Shown here piece by piece: positions 17,928-26,817 of a stretch of DNA of 26,817 nucleotides. The stretch's first letter is position 1, and every line of letters starts with the position of its first letter. This stretch comes from a virus. Its lineage: Duplodnaviria; Heunggongvirae; Uroviricota; Caudoviricetes. The notes beneath the pieces were generated by a model. It saw nothing but the letters and a program-made list of their open reading frames with translations. It searched no databases and was not told where the DNA came from. The translations under genes and the position numbers were made by a program. The stretch lies in the IMG/VR virus record IMGVR_UViG_2778261176_000016; one strand, 5' to 3'.

Positions 17928-19157
17928 TCAACCACCAACGCTACCTTTCCCCACCAGCGCTTTAATGGCAGAGGTGTCTTCCAGGATACAGTCAAAACGA
18001 TGGAAGGCCAGAAAACCGGTCTGATCATATTCCGCGTAACGCTCAACCAGGCGTTTAAGAATCATGTATCGCACACGACGGATAATGAAGCGATCAAAGT
18101 CACCACAGAACATGAATTTTTTACCCGCCCCGATATCATCAATTTCCTGATCAATGACATACGGTACATTCAACACTGAAGCAGGTGCCACACCAACAAT
18201 ATCCGGCAACCATAAAGGACGTCCCTGACCGTCTTCCATCTCACTGATCAGTTTCAGCGTATTATCGTTAAACGCCAGGCGGAATTTCGGTCCGCGACGA
18301 TATGCAGGATCAATGCTGTGTTTCAGAGCCAGAATTTCCTGCCACTTCACCGCATTTGCCGCGGCAGTCTGTGTTGTGCCGGTCACTGATGCTGCCAGCC
18401 CTTTGGGTTGTTTAGGCGTACCAGCCCCCGTCCCCTGAATCAGATAACGGGCTTCACCACGACCAATACGTTCAGCAATGCGACGGGCAAGATAAGCTTC
18501 CATATCGATCGCACTGTCCTGCAGCAACTCATTAGACACACGAATTATTTTCGATGTCATTTTGAGCGCCCCAAGGCTTCCCATACCGAAATCGGTGTCT
18601 TCTTCACCGGCTTCTTCATTTTCGCCCAGCAGAACACCAACTTCGGAAGTACCATCAGCTGTTGCCCACTCCATAGTGCGACCGTCAGAAGTGGTCAGAA
18701 TCTGCGCCACACTGGCGATGCCACCGTAGGATTTCATCTTCTCAACAACTTTCGCCAGGAATGTTTCTGGTACGGTATATCCGCCCTTTTCATCCTGAGC
18801 TACACCCTGGGCACGAAGTTCACGCAACGCCTTTCGTTCTTCTGATGTCAGCTCACTGGCACCGTGACGCATCCACTTATCAAAAACCTGAGCTCGTTTC
18901 TCATCCTGTTGCGGATTGTTTTCCGGATCAAGATTCTGACGCTGCTCTTCCTCATTGCTTTCAATGTACGCCTGATCCTGACGACGCAGTTCTTCTTCGC
19001 GTGCAATTCGTTCATCAAGCGCTTCCAGTTCGGATTTTGCTTTGTTCCACTCAGTGCGCTGCTCTTCCGTCCATGCGTTATCACCAATTTTTTCATTCAG
19101 GGCGCGCATGTCAGTTGCGATAGTATTACGTTTCTGTTTCAGTTCATGCAGTTTCAT
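17928..19157 (-). CDS. Major capsid protein, HK97 fold
   Basis: 409 aa with an N-terminal coiled-coil delta-domain-like region (MKLHELKQKRNTIATDMRALNEKI...) followed by the capsid body. Located after the prohead protease. Confidence 0.9.
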   Translation of the reverse strand: MKLHELKQKRNTIATDMRALNEKIGDNAWTEEQRTEWNKAKSELEALDERIAREEELRRQDQAYIESNEEEQRQNLDPENNPQQDEKRAQVFDKWMRHGASELTSEERKALRELRAQGVAQDEKGGYTVPETFLAKVVEKMKSYGGIASVAQILTTSDGRTMEWATADGTSEVGVLLGENEEAGEEDTDFGMGSLGALKMTSKIIRVSNELLQDSAIDMEAYLARRIAERIGRGEARYLIQGTGAGTPKQPKGLAASVTGTTQTAAANAVKWQEILALKHSIDPAYRRGPKFRLAFNDNTLKLISEMEDGQGRPLWLPDIVGVAPASVLNVPYVIDQEIDDIGAGKKFMFCGDFDRFIIRRVRYMILKRLVERYAEYDQTGFLAFHRFDCILEDTSAIKALVGKGSVGG

Positions 19158-19167
19158 GATGTTTCCT

Positions 19168-19770
19168 TTACGCGTTAAGAAGGGTCAGGACGCGTTCACG
19201 CGCCATACGTTGATTAATGGCTTTCTGTAGCGCGCCACTGTTGCGCGCCTCCTGCCATGCTTTCATGGAGCGAACAGCCGAGTCAGCCTCCTGATAGGCA
19301 GGATATGTCACAGGACTGACATCCAGCAGACGGGAAAAGCGGGTTATCTCGCGAATAACAACCCCATCCTCATCCTGATACCACTCCTCACCGTCACGGG
19401 CGACACGGAAAGCGAAAGATGACTGGTTAATATCTCCACGTTGCATCGGGGCCAGCACCAGATCACGAATGGTCTGTGTCTCCGGAGCCTGGATGTCATA
19501 GCGCAATCCGCGCTCATCAACTGAAAGATTCAGCGTGCCTGCTGCACTACGCCCAAGAATAAAATTAGGATCGTGGTTAAACAGTGCGCGTACATCATCA
19601 CCAAGCACATCGTCAAAAGCGCCGGGCCGGATGATTTCGCGGAATGAACCGAATATCAGCTCAGAACGACAGTCAAACACCGATCCATAACCGATAATGT
19701 GCGCCGGGTTATCGTCATGCCTCTCAGCACGCACCTCACCGCTGTAACAACGGATTTCACGGTCATTCAT
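19168..19770 (-). CDS. Prohead protease (HK97 family)
   Basis: Start taken at ATG 19770 with a GAGGG Shine-Dalgarno, rather than the ORF-track start at 19785. Position between portal and capsid. Confidence 0.85.
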   Translation of the reverse strand: MNDREIRCYSGEVRAERHDDNPAHIIGYGSVFDCRSELIFGSFREIIRPGAFDDVLGDDVRALFNHDPNFILGRSAAGTLNLSVDERGLRYDIQAPETQTIRDLVLAPMQRGDINQSSFAFRVARDGEEWYQDEDGVVIREITRFSRLLDVSPVTYPAYQEADSAVRSMKAWQEARNSGALQKAINQRMARERVLTLLNA

Positions 19771-20989
19771 TGGTTTTTCCCTCATCGTTTTTTGGGGGCT
19801 TAAAATCTCCTGCCGGGTTAGCAGCGTTCACGCTTACCAGCATCTCATCCAGCCCTTCAACCGGATTCATATCCTCGAATGCGCGGGCCTCATTACGGCT
19901 CATCCATCCATCGGTAATAGCGAAGTGATAGAATTGCGCGCGCTCCTGCGGAGTTCCGCGTAAAAGCCCCGTCAGATTGAACCTGACGTAATACCCGGCG
20001 GCTAACTCAGCGCGGGTAAACAAGCGACGGTTAAGCTCCTGCTCCCAGTTCGTCACCCACGGCATCATCGTGTAGCGGACAAACTGAATCGCCTGCGCAG
20101 AAATATTGGAGAAGGTGGCTTTTTCGAGGTCATTAATCATGTGCGCAGGAATATTGAAAATACCGGCAATCATTGAACGGTTCAGTTTCATCATGTCAAT
20201 GATCTGAGCGTCAACTGGCGACACAGTCAGTGCCTTGTAATCCAGATCGGCTGGCAGCAGCATGGTTTTGTTTTCCTGGCGGCGTAACGCCTGCGATGCC
20301 TTCTGCCACTGATCTTTAAGCCAGCCCCAGCTTTCCTTATTGAGTCCGCTTTTAACGGATACTATCCCCGCCGGACGGGCATTACCGCTGAAGAAGCTTT
20401 CTGTGTACTTCTGACCGCTCATCCCCATGCCTATTGTTTCGGCATGTTGCATAATCGGACTCAGCCCCATCTTCTGATTATTACCCAGCGCACGGATGTG
20501 GATCATATCGTCCGGACTGATCGCAAACGCCCCATATTCGTTGTACAAACCGTAGGTATATCGGCCACCAGTATTCATCAGCGTCGTTTCCCACGGCATA
20601 CAGCAATCCAAGGATATGACTTCACCGCGACGATTACGTTTCACCCAGGTATACCCATTCCCCCAGCCAAGGATGTGACGTTGCTTCAGTTCGCGCCATT
20701 TGTAGCTGGTTTGCCAGGTATTGGGCTCATCATGAACCAGATAAAACGCCGGATGATCGCGTGCGGGTTCAACCTTCCCCTTGTGCCTGCGCATAACATG
20801 CAACGGCATCTGGGCAAGGCTGGAAGACAGGACATAGATACAGGAATACACCGCAGCCAGTTTCATCGCAGTCTCAGGACTGACATAAACGTCTGCCCGG
20901 AACAGCCCATCAGTATCAACGGCATCACCGGTTATCGGGGTGGAAGGATTCTCCAGTGATTTACTTCTGAACAGAGCATCAAGCAGCAC
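19763..20989 (-). CDS. Portal protein (HK97 family)
   Basis: Start taken at in-frame GTG 20989, preceded by AAGGGGGA; the ORF-track start at 21037 is also a GTG. The N-terminus of the longer version is the alternative frame of a small hydrophobic ORF. Confidence 0.85.
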   Translation of the reverse strand: MLLDALFRSKSLENPSTPITGDAVDTDGLFRADVYVSPETAMKLAAVYSCIYVLSSSLAQMPLHVMRRHKGKVEPARDHPAFYLVHDEPNTWQTSYKWRELKQRHILGWGNGYTWVKRNRRGEVISLDCCMPWETTLMNTGGRYTYGLYNEYGAFAISPDDMIHIRALGNNQKMGLSPIMQHAETIGMGMSGQKYTESFFSGNARPAGIVSVKSGLNKESWGWLKDQWQKASQALRRQENKTMLLPADLDYKALTVSPVDAQIIDMMKLNRSMIAGIFNIPAHMINDLEKATFSNISAQAIQFVRYTMMPWVTNWEQELNRRLFTRAELAAGYYVRFNLTGLLRGTPQERAQFYHFAITDGWMSRNEARAFEDMNPVEGLDEMLVSVNAANPAGDFKPPKNDEGKTNE

Positions 20990-21140
20990 GCGTCCCCCTT
21001 CTGGCCATAGCCAGTGCGCCCACCAGCAGTAAAGCACCGGACAAAATCAGAGCCGGAGCCATACCAAACTGCAGGTAAACCCCGCACGTAAGCAGGCCAA
21101 AACCAGCCAGCCCGATAACATCAGCAATTAGTGATTTCAT
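20979..21140 (-). CDS. Small hydrophobic protein (53 aa, two predicted transmembrane segments)
   Basis: Hand translation gives [53 protein letters not shown]. Its ATG overlaps the terminase stop (ATGA). No Shine-Dalgarno, so translational coupling would be needed. Confidence 0.25.
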   Translation of the reverse strand: MKSLIADVIGLAGFGLLTCGVYLQFGMAPALILSGALLLVGALAMARRGTRAA

Positions 21141-22870
21141 AGAATTAAGAGATCATCGTCCGGATCAAGAGATGAGAGGAAATCGTCAGGTTCTTTGAGC
21201 ATTGCCCGACCGATCGTCATAATCAGTGCAACCGCACCATCGATTTTGTTTTCCGCCTGCTCCTTGACGGGCTTCACTAAATCATCGTTACCTGGCATGT
21301 TTTTGCCGACCACATTGCCGATACACCAGGTCATGATGGGATTGCCGTCATGATGAAAGCGTCCCGATTCAATCGCTGCTTCCAGCTCTTTCATCGGATC
21401 GGACATATTGGCGAAGTTCTGGACGATAGTGACGGGATTCAGATCTTCATCAGCAAGGTCATGTGACAGCCCGGTCGCCCCGAAGGGGTCGATGGGTGAC
21501 TCACTGACCGGGCTGATTTTGTTCGCCGCTTTGGCCTCCTCGAGGATGTAGCGATAATCCACCTCTGCACCATCGGTAACGGTCAGGACGCCCATTTCCA
21601 CCCATTTCTGAAAGCGTTCGGCTGTCCGTCTATCTTCATTTTTCTCGACGCTGTACACCGTGTCATACGGTACCCAGAAGCGCGGGGCCACACTGTAGTA
21701 ATGCGTTTTACCGTCAATCTCGCGGGTATAAAGTCGCGCCATGCTGTTCATATCCAGCTTACGCGCCAGGTCAAAGGCCAGAATGCACGGCTGCCCCTCG
21801 AACTGCTCAAGGGTCAGTGATTTATCCTCGCAGCTCTGCCAGCTCACCAGGTTGAAATACGCCGAACGCGCCGACACCCAGATATTGAGGTGTTTTGTTT
21901 TAAAGACGTTTGCCAGACGGGCGTTATTTTTCGCACGCTGCTGCTGACTTAACAAAAATTCGCGATAAACCGACACGCCAATATTTGGATTGGCTTTTTC
22001 CAGCACCTGCGGGTCGGTCCAGTCGTCACCTTCATCAACGGTATAGATGATCCCGAACAGTTCATCGTTAGGCACCGAGCCGTTGAGCATCTCGATGACT
22101 TCCCGCCGCTTGTCGTAGCACGGCCCCTCAATGTTGTACCCGGCGGTGGTGATGGCCCACATCAGTGGCTGACGTCGCGCCCCCATCCCTGTAAGCATTG
22201 TGGTATAAAGCGCATCGGTGGCGTGCTCGTGATATTCATCAACCACGGCACAGTGGGGTGATGAACCATCACCGGGGTTGCCGATCAGCGGTTCAAACCG
22301 CGCGCCATCCTCCGGACGGTTCATGTTTGAGGCGTTAACCTCAATCCCGAACGCTTCCGTCAGCATGGGTGTGCGTTTACACATCAGTCGCGCCGGGCGA
22401 AAGACTTCCCACGCCTGTTTCTCTGTCGTGGCACCGGAATACACTTCCGCGCCAAACTCGTTATCACAGGCAAAACAATACAGGGCAACACCGGCAGAGA
22501 TTGCTGATTTGCCGTTCTTACGGGGGATTTCGGTATACACCTCCCGGAAGCGGCGCAGCCGGGTACCTTTATTGACCCAGCCAAACGCACAGCAGATCAC
22601 AAAGAGCTGCCACGGCTCCAGCGTGATGGGCATCCGTTTGAATGCCCACTCACCCTTGGTATGCGGCAACAGCTGAATAAATTTGGCGGCCCGTTCAGCC
22701 AGGTCCTTGTCGAAGCGGTAACGAAACGACTTACTTTTTTCCGCCATCAGGTCATCAAGATGGCGCTGGCAGGCCTGAATCACAAACTGGCAGGCCACAA
22801 TCTTTCCGCGAACGACATCCCGGGCATACTGATTGGCAGCATTTACGTTGGGGTAAGATTTCCGGCTCAT
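21137..22870 (-). CDS. terL: Terminase large subunit
   Basis: 577-aa ORF with a true ATG start; size and position between small terminase and portal. Confidence 0.9.
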   Translation of the reverse strand: MSRKSYPNVNAANQYARDVVRGKIVACQFVIQACQRHLDDLMAEKSKSFRYRFDKDLAERAAKFIQLLPHTKGEWAFKRMPITLEPWQLFVICCAFGWVNKGTRLRRFREVYTEIPRKNGKSAISAGVALYCFACDNEFGAEVYSGATTEKQAWEVFRPARLMCKRTPMLTEAFGIEVNASNMNRPEDGARFEPLIGNPGDGSSPHCAVVDEYHEHATDALYTTMLTGMGARRQPLMWAITTAGYNIEGPCYDKRREVIEMLNGSVPNDELFGIIYTVDEGDDWTDPQVLEKANPNIGVSVYREFLLSQQQRAKNNARLANVFKTKHLNIWVSARSAYFNLVSWQSCEDKSLTLEQFEGQPCILAFDLARKLDMNSMARLYTREIDGKTHYYSVAPRFWVPYDTVYSVEKNEDRRTAERFQKWVEMGVLTVTDGAEVDYRYILEEAKAANKISPVSESPIDPFGATGLSHDLADEDLNPVTIVQNFANMSDPMKELEAAIESGRFHHDGNPIMTWCIGNVVGKNMPGNDDLVKPVKEQAENKIDGAVALIMTIGRAMLKEPDDFLSSLDPDDDLLIL

Positions 22871-22883
22871 GATTCGATGATTT

Positions 22884-23369
22884 TCAGATTGTCAGAAACG
22901 GGTTAGTGGCTTTCTTCTTCCCCGCCAGGCCAATCAGACGCTGGCGGCTGCTGGGGTCGAGTCCGAGCATTGCCCCCGTGCTGCTCATCTCGGACTCCTG
23001 TTCTTTTTTGGCGGTCAGCTCCGGATTTTTGACCATGCCGCCCATTGCACCGGTGATGGTGTTGCCCTGTCTGGCAATATTTTTCACGGCACGTCGCCAG
23101 AATTCATAGGCCACACACCACCGCTCAAGCACCGCGAGGTCAGTCACGCACAGCAGGCCCTGACCGCAGAGTTCTTTGGTTGTCAGTTGCCACATGATCG
23201 TGGCGAGAGGGAGATCTTCTTCAGCGAACCACTCCGGTGGCTCAACACCTTTGATGGGCGTAAAAACAGGTTCATCTTTGTTCAGGGCTCGCTTGCCGGG
23301 ATTTCCGGCCAGCGCCTTGCGCGCCGTTGGCTTGGGGCGACGCCCGGAACGCCCCGCCGTTCCAGCCAT
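22884..23369 (-). CDS. terS: Terminase small subunit (P27-like)
   Basis: Start taken at ATG 23369 with AGGAG 8 nt upstream; the ORF-track start at 23378 is a GTG. Confidence 0.75.
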   Translation of the reverse strand: MAGTAGRSGRRPKPTARKALAGNPGKRALNKDEPVFTPIKGVEPPEWFAEEDLPLATIMWQLTTKELCGQGLLCVTDLAVLERWCVAYEFWRRAVKNIARQGNTITGAMGGMVKNPELTAKKEQESEMSSTGAMLGLDPSSRQRLIGLAGKKKATNPFLTI

Positions 23370-23494
23370 ATGCGGCACTCCTGGTTAAATTTCATTTTTC
23401 GCGGGTATAAAAAAACGATGGGGCGGGCAGTCCGGAAGACGTCAGGCTGCAGGGATTTGACCCGCCCCTCCCCTCAGACAGTTGAGAATTATTA

Positions 23495-23845
23495 TCACTT
23501 TAACCGTTCACGGGCCGTCTTCGCCTTATGACACGGCCAGCACAGACTCTGCAGATTACTGTCAGCATCAGTGCCGCCATGCGCTTTAGGGATGATGTGG
23601 TCAACAGTTTTCGCCTCACGCACCACACCAGCACGCAGACATAACTGACACAGACCTTTGTCACGCTTCAGAACACGCGCGCGGATACTGTCCCACTTCG
23701 AACCGTAGCCGCGCTGATGACGGGATTGTCCAGGTTTGTATTGCTTCCAGCCTTCGCTTTTGTGGCTTTCGCAGTAGCCTGAAGGGTCAGTAGTGGTATG
23801 GCGGCAGCCGCGAACACGGCAGGCTTTCGGGGTTCGTGGCGGCAT
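23495..23845 (-). CDS. HNH endonuclease (terminase-associated)
   Basis: 116 aa, Cys-rich, with HNH-type spacing (CQLC...DHIIP...N...CWPCH). Sits immediately upstream of the small terminase, as in HK97-like packaging modules. Confidence 0.85.
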   Translation of the reverse strand: MPPRTPKACRVRGCRHTTTDPSGYCESHKSEGWKQYKPGQSRHQRGYGSKWDSIRARVLKRDKGLCQLCLRAGVVREAKTVDHIIPKAHGGTDADSNLQSLCWPCHKAKTARERLK

Positions 23846-23937
23846 TAATGCTTCCCTTTAAGTTATTACGATGGAACAGACCATAGAAATGGCAATAAAA
23901 AACCGCCCGGAGGCGGTTCAATTATCATCTCGATAAA

Positions 23938-24258
23938 CTAAATCAGATCACCAATGTATTTTGCACTAATTGAAATTTGCATCTGAGGCATTCCGACCAC
24001 AGATCCATTTAACAGGTAATCACGTCCTCGTTCCTGCAAAGAAAGACTCAATTCAAAGTTCTTTACCCCAGGGAAAACCGAGGTGACATTTAAATCATGC
24101 TGCGATACGCGCAGAATAAGTTGGCTACCGTCAATTTTTCCCTGATACGTAAAACCAAAATCTCCGCCGTTTACTGCATTGTTTTTGACAACTACGGTAC
24201 CATTACCAAAATCACGTTGATTGCTTCTGAAAACAACAAAATAGATACCATCTTTCAT
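23938..24258 (-). CDS. Hypothetical protein (cargo gene between the lysis and packaging modules)
   Basis: 106-aa ORF in a visibly AT-rich stretch; beta-rich composition, no signal peptide, no family recognised. Confidence 0.55.
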   Translation of the reverse strand: MKDGIYFVVFRSNQRDFGNGTVVVKNNAVNGGDFGFTYQGKIDGSQLILRVSQHDLNVTSVFPGVKNFELSLSLQERGRDYLLNGSVVGMPQMQISISAKYIGDLI

Positions 24259-24350
24259 GTGTAAAGCCCTTTAAAAGAGTCACCAAAATCAGGTGCTTTG
24301 TATCTATTGGGCCATCACATATCAAATCAAGGAACAAAACAAAGTTAACA

Positions 24351-24620
24351 TCATTTTTTTTGCATGATGTGACCACGCTCAACTTCAATCCTTCTGATGT
24401 CAGCTTTATCGGTATTACACTGCGCCAATGCAGACAACAAGGCGACATTCAGATCTAAGCTCGAGCCCCACGTAAAATGATCAGGTAAATCAGGCTGAGG
24501 GGTTTCAGCCGTCAGGCTGGCTGGTAACGGAACTACCGGAACCTGGACGTAAACTGTTCGCGTACTTCCGCAACCGGTCAGCAGCGGCAGCAGGCACAGG
24601 ACGTGAAGCACAATCATCAT
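24351..24620 (-). CDS. Outer-membrane spanin lipoprotein (o-spanin, Rz1-like)
   Basis: Internal ATG at 24620 gives MMIVLHVLCLLPLLTGC... with an LTGC lipobox, then a proline-rich periplasmic domain and a C-terminal Cys. Starts inside the i-spanin gene in another frame. Confidence 0.55.
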   Translation of the reverse strand: MMIVLHVLCLLPLLTGCGSTRTVYVQVPVVPLPASLTAETPQPDLPDHFTWGSSLDLNVALLSALAQCNTDKADIRRIEVERGHIMQKK

Positions 24621-24897
24621 CCGCAACAGCCACTTTGATATCTTCCTGGGTTCTCTGTGACTCCAGTGCGATCTGCTGTTTTGCATGTTGATTCGCCTCC
24701 TGAATGATGTTCGTTATTGCCATAGTACGCAGAACATTCGCGGTGATAGCCTCAGTAGAATCAGCTCGCTGTTCCGCAGCATCAGCACGCTTCTGCTCCT
24801 CCAGAAACTTTCCATGATAGTGATTCGCTGACCAGACAAGACCACCAGCGACACAAGCAATAAACGTTAAAATGAGCGCCCAATAACTCATCTTCAT
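24505..24897 (-). CDS. Inner-membrane spanin (i-spanin, Rz-like)
   Basis: N-terminal transmembrane segment (MKMSYWALILTFIACVAGGLVW) followed by a charged helical periplasmic domain; ATGA overlap with the endolysin stop. Confidence 0.7.
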   Translation of the reverse strand: MKMSYWALILTFIACVAGGLVWSANHYHGKFLEEQKRADAAEQRADSTEAITANVLRTMAITNIIQEANQHAKQQIALESQRTQEDIKVAVADDDCASRPVPAAAADRLRKYANSLRPGSGSSVTSQPDG

Positions 24898-25508
24898 ACC
24901 AGCAGCGCCGCCCGCGCCTTGTTGTATCGGACCTTACGATCCTCAATACCGTTCAAACCGCCGTTAATGATGCGCGTAACACGGTTAATATCGGCACCGT
25001 AGATCATGCAACCTTTAGAGGTGTAGAACCATGCAGCTGAGCGCGCAGCCTGTAGTTCCTGTTCCAGTTGTTCAGGTGAAGTCACCAGATCTAACTTCAG
25101 CGCCGCGCCACAGATGCGATAATTATGGAGGCCAGTGATTTGAATTAATCCTCTACCACGATATTTCCAGCCATCACCTGGTGCTTTGTTACCCAGTCGG
25201 TTGCTATACACCAGATTGGCAATAGCATCCTGACGAGCTGCATGTCCGGATGTTCTGCCAAGGGCATCAGCCTGCTGCTGTGTGATCCTCTTTCCGAACG
25301 TCGCCACAAGCGCAGATGGTGTGTAGTTAAAATTTTCAACTACGGCGCTAAACCCCATCGACTCATGGCCTACCTGAGCGATAAACATTGCCTGATCCGC
25401 TGGTGCTGTAATGCCGAATTCCTTCATCGCCGCATCAATGTGCGGAAACCAGCGCGCAGCCAGCCCGGCGCTAATACCAGCCGCCTTTTGAAATAATTGT
25501 TGGTTCAT
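24894..25508 (-). CDS. Endolysin, glycoside hydrolase family 19 (chitinase-like)
   Basis: 204 aa with the GH19 hallmark GDGWKYRGRGLIQITGLHNY. Confidence 0.85.
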   Translation of the reverse strand: MNQQLFQKAAGISAGLAARWFPHIDAAMKEFGITAPADQAMFIAQVGHESMGFSAVVENFNYTPSALVATFGKRITQQQADALGRTSGHAARQDAIANLVYSNRLGNKAPGDGWKYRGRGLIQITGLHNYRICGAALKLDLVTSPEQLEQELQAARSAAWFYTSKGCMIYGADINRVTRIINGGLNGIEDRKVRYNKARAALLV

Positions 25509-25789
25509 TAGTGCCTCAGATGATCAACCAGACGTGCAACGTTGCCTCTGACGGCCACCAGCACGGAAAGAAAAATAGTGTTCGCCACGATAATGGGCCA
25601 TGAGGAATGAGGATAAATCCCACAGAGATAGGCCAACGGAACAGCACTGTATGTAACAGTAATCAGCCAGGCTAAACGTGAAACCCAAGGACGATGCCGC
25701 GAATCACCACGACGATAAAACATCAGAGTAATAACAACACAAGCACATAACAGCGCATTTATAGTTGCTGTCGGGTCATTTAGCTCCAC
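25508..25789 (-). CDS. Small membrane protein, holin or antiholin candidate
   Basis: 93 aa with about three hydrophobic segments, between the holin candidate and the endolysin. Confidence 0.55.
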   Translation of the reverse strand: MELNDPTATINALLCACVVITLMFYRRGDSRHRPWVSRLAWLITVTYSAVPLAYLCGIYPHSSWPIIVANTIFLSVLVAVRGNVARLVDHLRH

Positions 25790-26162
25790 CTGAACCTCCC
25801 CGGCGCGTTATGAGCGCCACCAGCGAGCCGATATCCTGATTATTCAGGAACGTCAGGATTTTAACGGCTAAAGCAGAGACGATTACGGCACCAATAGCAT
25901 CCAGAGGTTTATCACTGTATCCGGTCAAGTTCGCCAGCTTGGAGCCAACCAACCCAGAGCAAAGAATCCCGGCAATATATGACACGATAAAATATGCCAG
26001 TCGGCGCGATGCACTCAGATCTGCTGCTGTTGCTATGTAGAATACAGCCCCTGCAAATGCGCCAAATACAACGCCGTAATCAGTTCCGGTCAGCAGTCCA
26101 TAAACACTGGCGCCCGTCAGGGCACCACCAGCCAGCCCAGTACCGGAAATCGGATCGGACAT
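25776..26162 (-). CDS. Holin candidate (Gly/Ala-rich multi-pass membrane protein)
   Basis: 128 aa with several hydrophobic segments and a charged C-terminus; first gene of the lysis cassette. Confidence 0.6.
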   Translation of the reverse strand: MSDPISGTGLAGGALTGASVYGLLTGTDYGVVFGAFAGAVFYIATAADLSASRRLAYFIVSYIAGILCSGLVGSKLANLTGYSDKPLDAIGAVIVSALAVKILTFLNNQDIGSLVALITRRGGSGGAK

Positions 26163-26241
26163 TTAGCCCCCTCTTAATTGCTGTTGGTCCTCTCAGATAT
26201 GAGGGGAAGGGATCTTAATGACAGTCTGTTTATTATTTCAG

Positions 26242-26499
26242 TCAAATACTACCCTGTTGATGATTTCTCAGAAGCGAACTTGACTCCCAGGGGAAACTCA
26301 ACTTTCCGTTAAAACCACCAGCAGACATTCGTTCAATTTCCACAGAAATATCACTGAGCCGTTCTTCAAGCTCTGCTTTTTCTTTTACCAGACGGTTATA
26401 GCGGCTTAGATGAAGCTTTTGCTGCTCCAGCCAGTCTTCAAGCTGTTCAACAGTCATACCAGGGTTAAAAAAATATGGCTGCTGCTTTTCGCCCTGCAT
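26242..26499 (-). CDS. Hypothetical protein (85 aa)
   Basis: Start taken at ATG 26499 with GGAGG 6 nt upstream. The longer ORF-track version would run through the terminator hairpin. Confidence 0.5.
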   Translation of the reverse strand: MQGEKQQPYFFNPGMTVEQLEDWLEQQKLHLSRYNRLVKEKAELEERLSDISVEIERMSAGGFNGKLSFPWESSSLLRNHQQGSI

Positions 26500-26510
26500 T
26501 ATTGACCTCC

Positions 26511-26539
26511 AGAAAAGCAAAAACCCCGCCGAAGCGAGG
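26511..26539 (-). terminator. Intrinsic terminator (CCUCGC-UUCG-GCGGGG hairpin + UUUUUGCUUUUC)
   Basis: Read on the minus strand: 6-bp stem including one G-U pair, UUCG tetraloop, then a U-run. Lies just upstream of the 26499 start and downstream of the promoter-like hexamers. Confidence 0.55.
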
Positions 26540-26589
26540 TTTGTTATGATTTCGTTAACGGCAGACATACAAAGCCCATCGTTAGGAGA

Positions 26590-26618
26590 ATCCTAACCAG
26601 ATTTTTTGAAAAATGCAA
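26590..26618 (-). promoter_or_regulatory. Candidate late promoter (-35 TTGCAT, 17-bp spacer, -10 TAGGAT) overlapping a TTAGGA-N3-TCCTAA palindrome
   Basis: Hexamers read on the minus strand, between the partial upstream gene and the terminator. Confidence 0.3.
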
Positions 26619-26652
26619 GCATCATGTCGCCATCTTCGGCGAAAATCATTTA

Positions 26653-26817
26653 TCTTGTCACTTTTCTCAATTGTGTCTCTGCATATGCTTCTTCCTGCCA
26701 GCACTTTGTAACCAGTTTATCAATGACATCTGCATATCCTTTGTACCACTGATAATCCGTCAGATCCGGTACCAGCTTCTGGACATGATGCCGCGCCAGT
26801 GTGGTTGGTAAACGACT
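26653..26817 (-). CDS. 3' end of a gene that begins beyond the window (C-terminal 55 codons); possibly a late-gene regulator
   Basis: Open minus-strand frame from the window edge to TAA at 26652-26650 (...QWYKGYADVIDKLVTKCWQEEAYAETQLRKVTR). Identity not recognised. Confidence 0.4.

Noticed and set aside
24212-24448. 78-aa minus-strand ORF bridging the o-spanin end and the cargo gene
   Set aside because: It overlaps the 3' end of the o-spanin and the 5' end of the cargo gene out of frame, has no ribosome-binding site and an odd Cys/Leu-rich composition.
4678-26200. Numerous plus-strand ORFs of 60-200 aa across the late operon (for example 5197..5577, 9913..10410, 12718..13143, 14680..15096, 16090..16695, 20444..20959)
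   Set aside because: All are antisense to well-supported, tightly packed minus-strand structural genes, lack ribosome-binding sites and have Arg/Pro/Ala-rich low-complexity translations typical of reverse frames in GC-rich coding DNA.
26500-26568. Longer 108-aa version of the 26242 ORF, starting at 26568
   Set aside because: The extension runs through the terminator hairpin and lacks a Shine-Dalgarno, whereas the internal ATG at 26499 has GGAGG at ideal spacing.
1-26817. CRISPR arrays, tRNA or rRNA genes, IS elements
   Set aside because: By eye there are no regularly spaced direct repeats, no tRNA-like cloverleaf candidates and no transposase-like ORFs with terminal inverted repeats. The prophage sits in a protein-coding gene (dusA), not a tRNA.

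Overview
This window is the left arm of a prophage inserted at the 5' end of dusA in an E. coli-like chromosome. Host genes pspG and dusA lie on the minus strand (1-1578); the phage continues past the right edge. From 1667 the order is: a divergent tyrosine integrase; a dinI-like gene behind a LexA box; a short integrase-proximal cargo region (a Zn-ribbon protein that is my best candidate for an uncharacterised defence or accessory gene, then a decayed Gin/Pin-type invertase fused to a tail-fibre-assembly remnant); then one long minus-strand late operon. That operon runs, in transcription order from high to low coordinates: a possible late promoter and terminator, lysis cassette (two membrane proteins, GH19-type endolysin, overlapping spanins), an AT-rich cargo gene, HNH endonuclease, small and large terminase, portal, prohead protease, HK97-type major capsid, head-tail joining genes, then a Mu-like contractile tail (sheath, tube, chaperone, tape measure, DNA-circulation, baseplate, tail fibre, Tfa). 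A low-GC secreted-protein moron with its own terminator sits between the tape measure and DNA-circulation genes. All product calls rest on reading the supplied translations against remembered protein families; no database search or computation was run, so family names are recognition-level and starts are approximate where noted.
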